From Lama guanicoe (taxonomy: Eukaryota): a DNA stretch of 64,000 bases. The notes below the pieces were generated by a model, which was not told the DNA's origin, searched no databases, and saw only the letters and a list, made by a program, of their open reading frames with translations. The translations under genes and the position numbers were made by a program. Below are positions 49,285-61,192 of the stretch, one piece after another; position 1 is the first letter of the stretch; every line of letters starts with the position of its first letter. The stretch is taken from contig MU053379.1 of the NCBI GenBank assembly GCA_013239625.1, forward strand, positions 1,420,974 through 1,484,973. Direction: 5' to 3'.

Positions 49285-50726
49285 GGCTAGACAGAGCCCT
49301 GCCCCGATGCCCACACCAGGGTGGATCACTCCCACCCCACCTGTGGCCCCACTGCTTGGAGCGTCTCCCGCCTGCAAGACATCAGGCTGGCTCTCGGGCT
49401 GCCACTCATCTTCGGCATCAGCGCCATGAACAGAGGCAGGAGACAGGCGATGTGTGCCCCTGTTGGATGTTACTACCTTGCTTGCAACTGAAGGTACATG
49501 CAGTGTGGAGTGAATAAAAGCACATACTTTTAGTGAGTGCCTACTGTATACCACAGATGTGCGCCACATCCAAACTGTGCTGTCCTCCAGAGTTTATTCT
49601 GCACCCTGTGTGCACATTGGCCAGTGAAGGACTCAATGGAGATTTCCCGCTTCATCTGTGATTAAATCATAACATGATGCCTGAGACAAACGAGTTTGAT
49701 GGTTGCAGACTGGATGCTTTGTTTATCAGTGATGGAGGTATTGAAATTGTTTCTGACTTCTTGGGGGAAAGTCTCTGTTGTGTGGCATGTGGATATTTTT
49801 ATCAGCTACAGACTTTTTGTATCTTTATTTCCTTTGGCCATTTTCCAGTGGGAATGCCGTGCATCTGAGCACCTGGGGCCACTGGAGGAAGAAGGGGTCG
49901 TCTCCCCTGCCTTTATCGCCAAGTTCACTGGTTTCACCAGGGCGAGAACCAGCCCCTACGAGTAAATAGGATCATTTAGGGGAGAGAACAGGTGCTCTGC
50001 CAACCGTTCATCTGGTTGTCTGGGAGGCCCGTGGCCTAAAGGGACGTCCTGGGGGCAGGCCATTAGGCTGGAAGAGAGAACTGGGGCTCCGAATGGCGTT
50101 CTTAGCAGCTGACACCACCAGCCTAGAAGTTAGTTACTTTTGTGAAATCACCTGGTAGTCTTCTGCCAAGTAGGCTGGACCTGCGTATGGATTAACCAAC
50201 ACTCTTTTTTTCTTAAAATACCTCAAACCCTGAACTCTTTTGATTCGATATGTGCTGCTTGTACATTTGAACATTTGCTAGAAACGTGACATGGGTGTTA
50301 GTTCATCTTTTCTGCTTCTAATTTGCACCTGAGTAACCACGACTCAGTTTTTTTGATAACTGGTAAATTTGGTAGCAGAATGATTCTTTGCTTTTCTTGG
50401 TGACCCTCCCTGACTCTTTATGTGGTGGGCGGTGGTAGGTGGGAAGGGAGGGGCTGCTCCTCCTCATGACTCACTTGTATCAGTGAAGAGAAAGTGACCA
50501 GTGAATGACGTTGTTGTTTTCTGCCCGCTTTTGTCCAGAAATTGCGTCTTCAGCACGAGTCACGTTTATTCGGTTCATTTAGCTTCTCCTCTTGCTCCTT
50601 AGCTAAGCACCTTGGAAGTACCAACCTCAACACCCACTGTGTGTTCAGCGCCAGCGTGGTGTGCGTGAAGAGGTCTGCAGCGCGGCAGGACGGCCCGGTG
50701 CCGTGTTAGAATCAGGATCCGTTAGA

Positions 50727-51312
50727 GCCGGCTGGCCGGGGGGCAGTCCCCAGCCACCCCTAGCTATGGAGTTTAGATTCATCAAAATTAAATAAAATAA
50801 AAACACTTTCCTTCTTTATGGCCGAGCAGTAGTCTGTTGTGTATCTGCACCACATCTCTGTTACCCGTTTGTCTGATGACGGACACAGGTGGTTTCCACG
50901 TCTTGGCTGCTGTGAACGATGCTGTGATGGGCACGGGGCTGCTGATGTCTTTTTGAGTTCGTGTTTCCGTGTTCTTTGGGTGAATGCTCAGAAGCGGGGT
51001 GGCTGGATCATACGGTGATTCTATTCTTAACTTTTTGAGGAACCTCCAGACGGTTTTCTGCAGTGGTGGTGAGTATGCTGTAGGGGGTACAGAGCTGGAA
51101 ATAGAATATTGTATACATGAAACTTATGTCATGTTATAAACCAGTGTTACTTCAATTAAAAAATAAAATGAGGATGATAATACAAAAACTGCTTTTTCCT
51201 CAGTCCCACCAGCCACCTTTCAAGTGCTCAGGAGGCCCTGTGTCCAGGGGCTGCTGTGTTAGCACAGATTGGGGCAGTTCTATCCCACAGCAGGGCCTGT
51301 GGGACAGCACCG
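50727..51312. mobile_element. MER3-like MITE split by an inverted L1 fragment (50804-51180)
   Basis: Left half ends aaaattaaataaaataaaaac; right half resumes ttcctcagtcccaccagccacctttcaagtgctca...ggacagcac. Confidence 0.75.
50804..51180 (+). mobile_element. Short 5'-inverted LINE-1 (antisense ORF2 end 50806-~51067 + sense 3' terminus ~51068-51170)
   Basis: Antisense ggatcatacggtgattctattcttaactttttgaggaacctcca, then sense tgtatacatgaaactta...ataaaccagtgttacttcaattaaaaaataaaa. Confidence 0.8.
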
Positions 51313-51639
51313 GGCAGGACACGTTCGGAATGAGTGTCGTCTCTCCAGTCAGCAGATACTGCTGGCATCTCCTTGTCCAGCCCTGTTCCGACCGCAGGGA
51401 CACCGTGAGGAACAAGAAGAACCTGGCACTCACAGAGCCACCGTCGCAGCGAGGGACACAGTGCGAGAGGCCAGACCAGAGATCCCCATGGAATGCGTCA
51501 GTACCTCTGTGTCCGCTGCTCCCTGGGGCCACGGGGGATACTGGGACTGTCCCTCTCGTCAGCAGGGAAGAAAGATAATTAAGCAGCATATTTTACCAAA
51601 GAGGAGAATGATTAGCGCAAAGAAATTTGGCCCCGTGTG

Positions 51640-51800
51640 TGCTTGGTCGTCATGCTCTTAAGCCCCCTGAGCCTCATTTTCTTCCGTTTTCGTAGCGGGG
51701 CTTTTAGTCCGCCCCGCGGAGCAGCGGGGAAGGTTCAGAGAAAAGGTCTTTGTAAAACCCAGTGCTCAGCACTCAGCATTTAATAGAACCTATTATTACT
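51640..51800 (+). mobile_element. MIR remnant
   Basis: ctgagcctcattttcttcc...tgtaaaac...tattattact. Confidence 0.55.
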
Positions 51801-53509
51801 CTAATCTTTTCCATCATAAAAATGGTTTAGAAGCTTAAAAAGCCACTTCAGCAGGTTCAGCAGGTGGGAGGGGAGGCCTTTTCTGGGAACAGGAGGAGCA
51901 GGGTCAGGTGCGGCCACCTCGCAGCACCCCCCGTCCGTGAGGGATGACTGCACGGCCCGAGAGGGCGCGCCTGTGAAGTCCCTGGTGCAACGGGATGCTT
52001 TGCAGACTCCTGTTCTGCCCGTTTTTATAGATGTTATCTTGTTATTTATACCTGGGCTCCGCTGTGTAAAGAGCACATCGCTGCTCGTGAGCCTTAGAAT
52101 TCTCCAGCGTGCGCAGAATGTGGCCCCAGTGCGGGCTCCCCAGCGCTCAGGGCTGCGAGTCTTGAGCAGGTCAGGTCACCTGCTGGGACAGCCTCACCTT
52201 GTGGGGGTCACAGGCGGTAAGGACATGACAGCATCTTGTGAGACGAGGAAAGGTGCCGAGATGGTGCTGTGGTCTCCACGTCTTTGTCTCCAGGTGCCCG
52301 CCCCAGATTCGCGGGTCCTGGGTGGGTGATGGGAATGCACTTCAGTGAGGAGATTCTTGGGTGTGACAACATGTTCTAGCGGTCTAGAGAAGAGTTACTG
52401 TGCTCGTAGGTGAACTGTACTTTTGTTTTTAAATTGCTTTTCATTCAAAAAGAAACTGAGAAACTAGAGGAAATCTTGGACTTAAGATTGGGCAAACCTT
52501 TTAAAAATGATTAAACAACATTACAAAACCCCATCAAATACAGAAAACCAATTTACTCATCTTAATGTAGCTGTTTTAATTTCTTCTTTATAGTCTTACC
52601 CAGATACTCACATGATCTTTATCTTGTTGTAATCATCACGGGCTTCTTCCAATGAGAACTTTTCTTAAATATCTTCAGTGAGGGTGACTAATTTTTATAT
52701 TTATCATTTTTATGTTTGTATATTAGTCTTTAAACGAGTCTCCCATAATGTACTAACTTTCCATTGTGGTTGGACACCTAGATTTTTTTTTGGTTATTTT
52801 TAATTCTTTCACAAATGTAATAATACCACCATGAACATCTTTATTCTGATGATGTTTTTCTTTGACTTAAGAGAAATTCTAAGAAATGGGTATGAACACG
52901 TTTGTCTTATGCATATAAGCAAGTCAGTAAAACTTTCTCAAAGCACACGTAGAATTTCACTGCTCTGTTGGCTTTTCCAGGATCTGCTGATATGTGTGTT
53001 TTTAACAGTAATTATATAGCTCAGTTCTGTATTATTAACTGGGAATGACCCTAACTTTTTATTATAGAAAAATTTAAACAGGTCGGAGAGTACATGGCAC
53101 CCCAGGTACCCAGCGTCCAGGCCGTCCACCCCCCGGTTTTGGCACCTCTGGCAGCGTCAGCCCTCCGACCTGCAGTGGTATTTTGAAGCATTTGCTTCAG
53201 AATCATTTCATCTATGTATGGTCAGTGATTTTTTTTAACACATCTAGATTTTTATCTGAAATCATTACTTTAATAACCCACACACACACTAAGTATCTCC
53301 TGTGGGCATACTTTGACTTTTTTTGATTAGAAGGAGGATAGACCGGTGAGAAATGCACTTTACGGAGTGAATTCACAGCTCTGCAGGATGCTTAATGTGG
53401 AAGACCGGGAAGTGAGGCGCTGGCCGTCTGCATCCGCCCCTCAGTCTGTGCCGCTGCTGCCCACAGGTCATCCTCTCTCTCTGTCTCTTATGAATAGTGT
53501 TGACAATTG

Positions 53510-53900
53510 AGCCCTGCTTTGGCTGAAAGTAACAGCCACACTGAATTCTCCATTAAAATTCCATAAACAGCAAGAACATTTAATGTCTCAGAATAACAAC
53601 TCCCAAGGAAGGCGATTCCAAGGTTGATTAATTTGGCAGCTCAGTGGTGCCAGCGTTTTGGTAGCGTCTCTGTCGTTCTGTTGGTGCCTCATGGTTGCAA
53701 GGTGGCTGCCACAGCAGTGCCCTCACACCCTCCATCTGTGTCCAGCGCAGGCAGGAGGAGAGGCATTTCCTCTCATTTTCTTCCTTCTGGCAAGAAGGGA
53801 AGTCCTGCTCAGCGGTGCCCCAGCGCTCTCTCTCTCTCAGATCCTCTTGGCAGAGCCGGGTCCCTGTGCAGGAAGTCTCCAGGGAGCTGGTGCTTTACAC
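53510..53900. mobile_element. Old MaLR LTR (MLT1K/L-like)
   Basis: ttggctgaaagtaacag...ggcagctcagtggtgcc...cctcatggttgcaaggtggctgccacagc. Confidence 0.65.
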
Positions 53901-54629
53901 GTAGGAAAAACCAAATGGAGAAGAGCTTTCTCTGAAGTCACAGGCAGGGCGTGGCATAGCTGGGCCTAGCATCCATGCTGACCTGAGTTTACTGCTCTTT
54001 TCCCCAGATGTCACCCTGAAGGGCTGTGCAGGAGGCCAGGGTGCGGGTGCTGAGCTGTAGAATAGAAAAGGCAGTGGAAGAGAGAAAAGCGGAAGAAGGT
54101 GCCCAAGGTGACGCTGGAGGCGCGCTGTGGGGAGGAGCAGGCGGCGGGGCTGGGGTGACATCCGCTTTGGGGTGTCTGCGTGATGCCCCGGGATGGCCGT
54201 GGGCGCCAGGCAGGAGATGCAGGTCTGACCCTGGGGCCACTTCAGGTGTCAGTTCCTGCCAGACCTGGGGGTGTGACCAGCCCTCTGGGCGTGCCCCGGC
54301 GGGGCGGGGCGTGCAGGGTCAGGTGAGGAGTGCAGGTGAGGGGCGGGTGAGGAGGGGGTCCTCCACCTGGTCGGTGTGGGAGGAGGGAGTAGCCCTTGTG
54401 TGCGGGTGGCAGTTAGAGCGGATGGGAGCCAGGGATGAGCCTGGTGTGGAAGGCGTGGGAGACAGTTCCAGAAGGGGAGCTCCCTGGTCTTGCTGTGAGG
54501 ACAAGCCGACATTTGGAAGGTGCCCTTGGACTCACTGGCCACACAGTCAACAGTGGGCTGTTATGTACTTACCTATGGGTGTGTGAGTGTGTGTGTGTAC
54601 GTGTACATGAATGCACACACACATGTATA

Positions 54630-55135
54630 TTTAAACTTTATGTTTGAAATAACTTCAGACTTAAAGTGGCAAAAATAGGACAAAGACTTCTCTGTACACC
54701 CTTTGCTCAGTTTCCCCAGATGTTAACGTCTCTCATGTCTGTGGCTGATCAGAGACAGCAGGTCACCCCGTACTGTGGACTGACCCACTGCCCCCTTTCA
54801 GCTTCCAGCTGTCCCCCGATGTCCTTTTTCTGGTCTGAGGTCCCGTCCAGAGCCCCACGTGGCAGTTAGCCTCCTCCGGCCCGGGACAGGTCCTCTGTCC
54901 TTGTCGTTCATGATGCCGACAGTTCTGCAGAGTGCCGGCCAGTTGCTTCGTGGAGTGTCCCGCAGTCGGGGCTTGTTCAGCGTCCCTCGCGACGCGGCTT
55001 CTGCATTTTGGCAGGAACAGCCCAGCAGCGCGCTTGAGCCCCGTTCAGCGCCTCTTATCGGGGCTCCTGGTGTTGCTGCATCTTATCACTGGTGCTGTAG
55101 GGCCAGTCCCGCCCTTGGCTGAGGTGACATCCATC
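54630..55135 (-). mobile_element. L1MC-like 3'UTR
   Basis: ttgaaataacttcagactta...tgtacaccctttgctcagtttccccagatgttaac. Confidence 0.65.
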
Positions 55136-57479
55136 TAGGCTGGGGAGGTGGCGTTTGTTCATTCACTTCTGAGAACACTTCTGTGGTGTGTTTTAAGAAA
55201 CACAGGTACTTTTGAAAAATGGCTCATCATTGGACCATCTGCAATAAACTCTGCTGATAGATTAAAGAAAATTAAAAGTTAACATGCACTTGGTTACAAA
55301 ATTCAGACGATACAGAACTGAAAAAGAAACCCTCCTCCTTGTGCATCGCTCCAGAAAATGTCCTGTCCACATCTTGGTGCCCATTGTGGACCTGGTTTCT
55401 GCAGAGTGTGAGGGGTGGAAGTCAGGGCTGCAGGGCCTGCGATGTGAACGGAGACGCCGGGGAACTGGGTGCAGAGGAGGAGCCAGGGAGAAAGGAGGGC
55501 TTTCCCAGCGCAGCAGGGTGTGTGCTGACGGGCTGGAAAATCACTCTCGGCACAAAGCACTGTACAGATGAAAGGAGGCATTAAGTAGTGCGTAATGCTA
55601 AGAGGTGAGAAAGCGACTACTTCTGTTTTCCCATAATGTTTCCCAGAACATTGCTGACAAAGGGCAGTACATCCGTAAAGCACATGTTAGTTGGTCTTTT
55701 TTTCATTCATTACGAGATGACTCCCAGGTGCAGGGATTTCTCATCAGGGGTCGTGAACCCCAAGTCACTGTCATGGGGTGGGGCGCAGCAGGGATCTGTC
55801 CCTTGCCTGTGCCTTGCACAGGAGCACAGCCCTGTCTACTGTGGGCCCAGTGGGCCAGAGAGGAACGATGTCACCAACAGACTTGGCTTAACGAATTCCT
55901 GAGAAATTCCCTGGGAAGGAGTGGACAGCAAGTGTCTCGAAAAACAGTACACATGGCCTTCTCTGAGTAGATGAGTTGCTGATGAATTCATCATGTCACT
56001 GGCTAGATCCTGGCAACATTCTTTGAGCTTTTTAGGCTTTTACAGTGATTGAGTTTTAGCCCTAAGACTTTATAGCTTCCCTTCAGCACATGCGATCTGT
56101 GGGAGGCTGGAGCAGTGGAGCAGGATTCGCACCCTGTGCGAGCTCACTACTCTCTGGGAGGCCTCTGGCCTGGAGCATCCAGGGGACCAGTTAGGATGGC
56201 CCCATGCAGGGCTGCACACTGGTCACTTAGGAATGAGCATCCGGCTTGTCCCAGTGCCGGAGATGCAGCAGACTGGGCCTTCAATAAGTGCCTGCTGAGT
56301 GAGTGACGTTCTGCCTGCCTGCTTCGGCTTTGGCTTTTAGGTAATCATTTGTAAGTCTTGCCAATTGCTGATTTGTACATCTGTCTATCAGATAAAATGC
56401 ATAAAGTGAACTGACGATCCTGAGTAGGAACAGAACTCATTTCTGGTTGATTTAAAGTATCATTTAGAGCTGTTCATTTTGCATAGAGCTAATGTAGTGC
56501 AGCGCCCGAGGCCCTTTTTAAAGTCCAGTTATGTAATCTTATCATTGTTATAGGAGACTTTGGTCTGTAATCATTTTAATCTGTTGCATAATAAATGTTT
56601 AGAGGGCCTCTTACTTCCGTGCCAGAGGGTTCAGAATAACCATCTACTTGTACGTTCTTCAAAACAGACGAAGGAGATGAAGCAGGAATGCCAACAGGAG
56701 AGACCCTTTCATTGGTCCTTTGAGCCAAGACCGAGAAAGGCTGATAATCTTTCAAAAGCAAGGAAAGTTTGGTTTCCACCCCGAAGCCTCTGAATCTCCG
56801 CACCTGCACGTGATGCCCCCACCCCTCTCCTTCCCTCCTTCTCTGTAACAAGCTCTCCTTCCTTGATTTTAATTTTCTCGGCAATTGAATCCTTTGCATG
56901 GGTGCTGTCATCTGTCTCTGTGTTTTAAATGCCCCCTTTCCCACTTCCCAGATGGGGCAGTTGTTGAATCCAGTCCTCTGGGCAAATTTAGCAAGTGGTG
57001 TAGGAGGAAGACCCGAGTCCGGGGCAGGCTGGAGGAGCCAACTGGTGTCTGCACCAGAGCTCGCAGAGACGCGACCCCCTGCAGGCCTGGCCGACTTCCC
57101 ACGGTCCGCCCGTGCTGGTGGCCAGCAGCAGGACAGCCTTAGATGTCCCTGTGCCAGGGCTGCTTGCGAGACTGGTGCCTGCCATGGGGGACGGGGATCG
57201 GCCTGAAGAGCCATCAGTGCTTCTGTTGGAGGACCGATCATGTCCGGAATAAGGCAAAAAGGAGAATTGTCTATAAAACTTTTTTTTTTAAAGAATCGGC
57301 AGACTGATGTTTTTCTTAGCACATCTTTGCCGTATCCCTAAGGCTTTCTTCCCTGCAGGTTGTGCTTCCTGTACTGGGGCTGTTGGCACCGAGCCTCCTT
57401 CCCCATACTCTGGGCGAGGCCGTTTTCTGGATCACCCCCCACCCCCCACCTTCATAATTCTTGGATTTCTTTTTCATTT

Positions 57480-58210
57480 GCACTGAAGTTCCTCTTCAAA
57501 GAACGTTTTTTTTTTTCTGAGAACGTTTGGAAGTAAACTTTCTTAACTTTTTAAGAAATGTGCAATATATATATTGTCCTTATGCTGGATTGTTAGTTTG
57601 GATGAGTATAGAATTGTAGGTTCAAAATCCTTTCCTTCAGAATTCCCAGGGGTTGGTCCTGCATCTGGTGTCTCCGCAGTGATGTTTGCTGCTCACATCC
57701 TCATCCCTTGGTTGGCTGGCAGCCTTTCTTTTTCCTTTCCGGGATCCTGGGGCGACCTGTGTTTTTCTTTGGTGTCCTGAAATTTCATGAAGACTTGTCC
57801 AATTTTTATTCTTTTTAATGATAATCTAGGGTTTCCTAAATCTCAGTTCTGTAGCTCTCTTCAGCGCTGGGAACTTTCCTCCTCCTCCTCCTCCTTCTCC
57901 TGCTGCTGCTGCTGCTGCTGTTGTTATTATTATTTTCACATCCCTTTCTTTCTGGAAAGCCTGGAGGCCACTGATCGTCCTCATAGACTGTTCCTCTCAA
58001 ACGTTCTCCGTGTTTTCTGTGTCTTTTTCTGTTATTTTTCTCCCTGGGAAAATTACTGAACTTTATCTTCCAGCCCTTCTACTGGATTTTTACTCTTGGT
58101 AATCATATTTTAAGTATCCACAAACTCTTCTTCTGTTGTTCTAATTGCTGCTGCTTCATGGCAGCCACGTTTTTTGTTTTTGCTTTGGTTGCTTATTTTG
58201 CTCTTAGGGG
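57480..58210 (-). mobile_element. Ancient L1M 5'/ORF1-region fragment (continues ~59490-59680)
   Basis: tagtttggatgagtatagaattgtaggttcaaaatccttttcc...tcctgaaatttcatga...ctttatcttccagcccttctact. Confidence 0.6.
57878..57936. repeat. Compound trinucleotide microsatellite (TCC)n-(TGC)n-(TGT)-(TAT)n
   Basis: Seen directly; it produces the S/C/Y runs in ORF 57787-58059. Confidence 0.9.
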
Positions 58211-58219
58211 TATTATACT

Positions 58220-59485
58220 TCTTTCAGTTTTATTCAGATATAGTTGACACAGCCCTGTGTGAGCTTCAGGTGTGCAGCATAATGATCTGACTTAAGTCCA
58301 TCATGAAGTAATGACCACAGTCAGTTTCGTGAACATTCGTCATCTCATACAGATACAAAATTAAAGAAGTAGACAAAATGTTTTTCCTTGCGATGAGAAC
58401 TCTTAGGATTTATTCTCAACTTTCGTATATAACATACACCAGAGTTAATTGTATTTATCATGTTGTACGTGACATCCCTGGTACTTATCGATCTTCTCAT
58501 TTGAAGTGTGTACATTTTAACTGCCTTCCCCCTAGCCCCTACCTCGGGTAACCACAAATCTGATCAAGTCTTTTTCTATGGGTTTGTTTTTGAAGTGTGA
58601 TTGACTTACAACACTGCTTTAGTTCCTGTTACACAACATGATGATTCTATATTTCACTGCATTTCGAATTGATCACCATGATAGTCTGTCACCACACAAG
58701 ATGTTACATAATTATGGACTGTATTCCCTACACTGTACACTTCATACCTGCAACTCATTTATTCTGCAGCTGGAAGTTTGCATCTCTTACTCTCCTTCAC
58801 CTTTCTTTCTTCCCCTTACTCCCCTCCGTAAACACCTGTTTTTCCTCAGTATCTATGACTCTGTTTCTGTTTAGTTATGTTTGTTCATTTGTTTTTCATA
58901 TCCCACATATAAGTGAAATCAAGCAGCATTTGTCTTTCTCTGTCAGACTTAATTTCACTTAGGATAATGCTCTCTAGGTCCATCCATCTTGTTGCAAATG
59001 GCAAGATTTCATTCCTTTTTATGACTGGGTAATATTCCACTGTGTGCATATATGTGTGTGTGTATAATACCTTCTTTATCCATTCATCTACTGATGGGCA
59101 CTTAGGTTTCTTCCACGTCTTGGCGATTGTAAGTAGTACTGTAATGAACGTAGGGCTGCATGTATCTTTCTGAATTCCTGTTTTTATTTTCTTTGGATAA
59201 ATACTCAGGAGTGGAATTGCTTGATCATATGGCAGTTCAATTTTTAATTTTTTGGGCGGTCTCCATATTGCTTTCCACAGTGGCTGCACCAGTCTACATT
59301 CCCACCGGTGCGTGTGAGGGTTCCCTTTCTCCACATTCTCACCAGCACTTCCTGTTTGCTGTCTTTTTGGTAACAGCCATCCTGACGGGTTTCGATTTGC
59401 ATTTCCCTGGGGTTGGGGATGCAGAGCACCTTCTCACTGCCTGTTGGCCACCTCGGGTCTTCTTTGGAAAAATGTCTGTTTAGGG
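58220..59485 (-). mobile_element. 5'-truncated LINE-1 (long 3'UTR + ORF2 C-terminus) nested in an older L1
   Basis: ORF 58885-59334 (ELPYDQAIPLLSIYP, TIAKTWKKPKCPS, WMDLESIILSEI); imperfect TSD ggggtatta / gggcgtatta. Confidence 0.93.
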
Positions 59486-59992
59486 TCCTCTGGGGCGTAT
59501 TACGTTTTTCTTGATGCTCTCTGAAAATACTAACTGGAATTTTTAAATGTCCGTTTCTAGTTGCTGAGTTACCTCTGTTGCTCAGAGTCAGTTCTGCTTA
59601 TTCTGCTTGATCCGTCTCTTTTGAGCTATGCTGTTCCCTCGGATGCCCGGGTGTTTTTGGCTGGCCGTCCTTACCTAAGAATGCTGGCGGGCGTGGGTTA
59701 ACACAGGTAGTTGGTGGGTAGTTAGTTTCCAGGTAGGTCGTTTGGTCTCCAGTGGGCCTCTCCCCTGAACAGGAGGACAGCTGGGCCCCCCACCTCAGAA
59801 AGCCGGGGTGGGAGCCCTGGGTGACCTAGTTTTGAAGGGGTGTGTGCAAGGGGTGGAGAAAAGGGCACTTAACCAGGAGCATACAGGAGAGCCTTGTGAA
59901 CTAAACTGAGACCTACAGAAACTCCAGGAACGGCATTTTTGTTGTTGTTTGTTTGTGTTTGTTTTTAAAAGTTATTTCTATTTCACAATCAC

Positions 59993-60050
59993 TTTGCACC
60001 CCGAGGACATTTGGCATTGTCTGGAGACATTTTTTGGTTGTCAGCGGGGT
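59993..60050. mobile_element. MER20-like fragment
   Basis: ggacatttggcattgtctggagacattttttggttgtca. Confidence 0.7.
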
Positions 60051-61160
60051 TTGAAGCAGATTACCAATGTGAAATTACTGAATTTAACAGATGATCAGAG
60101 TCTGTCTGTGTCTGTACACACAGATACGCATCCATAATCCCGCCCCCAACACAGAGACCCACTCACACACCCACAGCAGTCTCTGCCCCCGGGTCAGACC
60201 CTTTCTTCACCGTTGGTTCACAGTCACTGTAAGATGAGGTATGGGATTCAAGTAGGTAGGGAGTGAGAGCAGCTTTGAATGTTGTTCAGGTTCCCCAGGA
60301 AGGCCCAGGTTAAAGGTGTTCCACGCGGAGTCCAGGGTGCTTGAGACTGTAATCCCACCCTTGTCTGAGTCCATGATGTCTTGTTGGCTTGGATCTTCTT
60401 CTGGGGTCAGATGTCACATCCTGGCGTCTTTTACTAGGTGGGCGTCTGTGAGGTAGGGTGGCCTTCTAGAACATGTCGCAAGGAGCATGCAAGTGCCAGC
60501 AAGATGTCAGCCTGGGAGTCAGAGTGAGCACCCGAGACAAGGGAAGTGAATGCAAGGCCTCTTAAACCATCGGTAACCAATCAGTGGTAATGCAGGAAAG
60601 CACCGATTACTGGAAATGATGCGTTTATTTTGAAGTGCTGCTTCCCGGGGGGGCGCACCTGAGAGTGAGTCAGGGCCGTGACACTTGCAGTGGAGGGTGA
60701 GTTCCAGCGTCTTCCCTAAAGGATCTCAAGAATCCGAGCCCTGTTCTAACACAGCAGTGACTTAGACGCAGGGGTCCCGGTGGGCGGGCCGAGGTGGACG
60801 GAAGGGATTTAGCTCCCTGAGGGCGATCACTGTGTGCTAGCAGATCTGCTGTGTGAGGATGACCCAGTCAGAGATGAGCCGCCAGCTCCGTTCACCTGTG
60901 TGAAGAGGTGACATTGGGCAAGACAGAGACACGGCTCTTTTGTAAACTTTATAAACAACTTAAAAGAAGGGAGAGTGGAGATGTTAGAGAGAAAACGCCC
61001 CAGGACAGGGCATTGTTGGAACCGGATGACGTTCCAAGGACGGAAGGGCTGGCTCCCGTGGCCCACGGTGTCCTCAGCTTGTTGGCCGGTGTTCGGGTCC
61101 GTGTCCTCCCAGACACCCAGCCGCTTGAACCCTTCTCGTTGTGCCCCTGTTCCCTCCTGA

Positions 61161-61192
61161 CCCCCCCCCCNNNNNNNNNNCCCCCCCCCCCC
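61161..61192. repeat. Poly-C tract spanning a 10-N gap
   Basis: C10-N10-C12. Confidence 0.9.

Noticed and set aside
54026..54586. 186-aa G/R-rich ORF
   Set aside because: Overlaps G-rich decayed L2-like sequence; no protein features.
56576..57322. Longest ORF (248 aa, minus strand)
   Set aside because: Non-ATG start, low-information composition and no recognisable domain.
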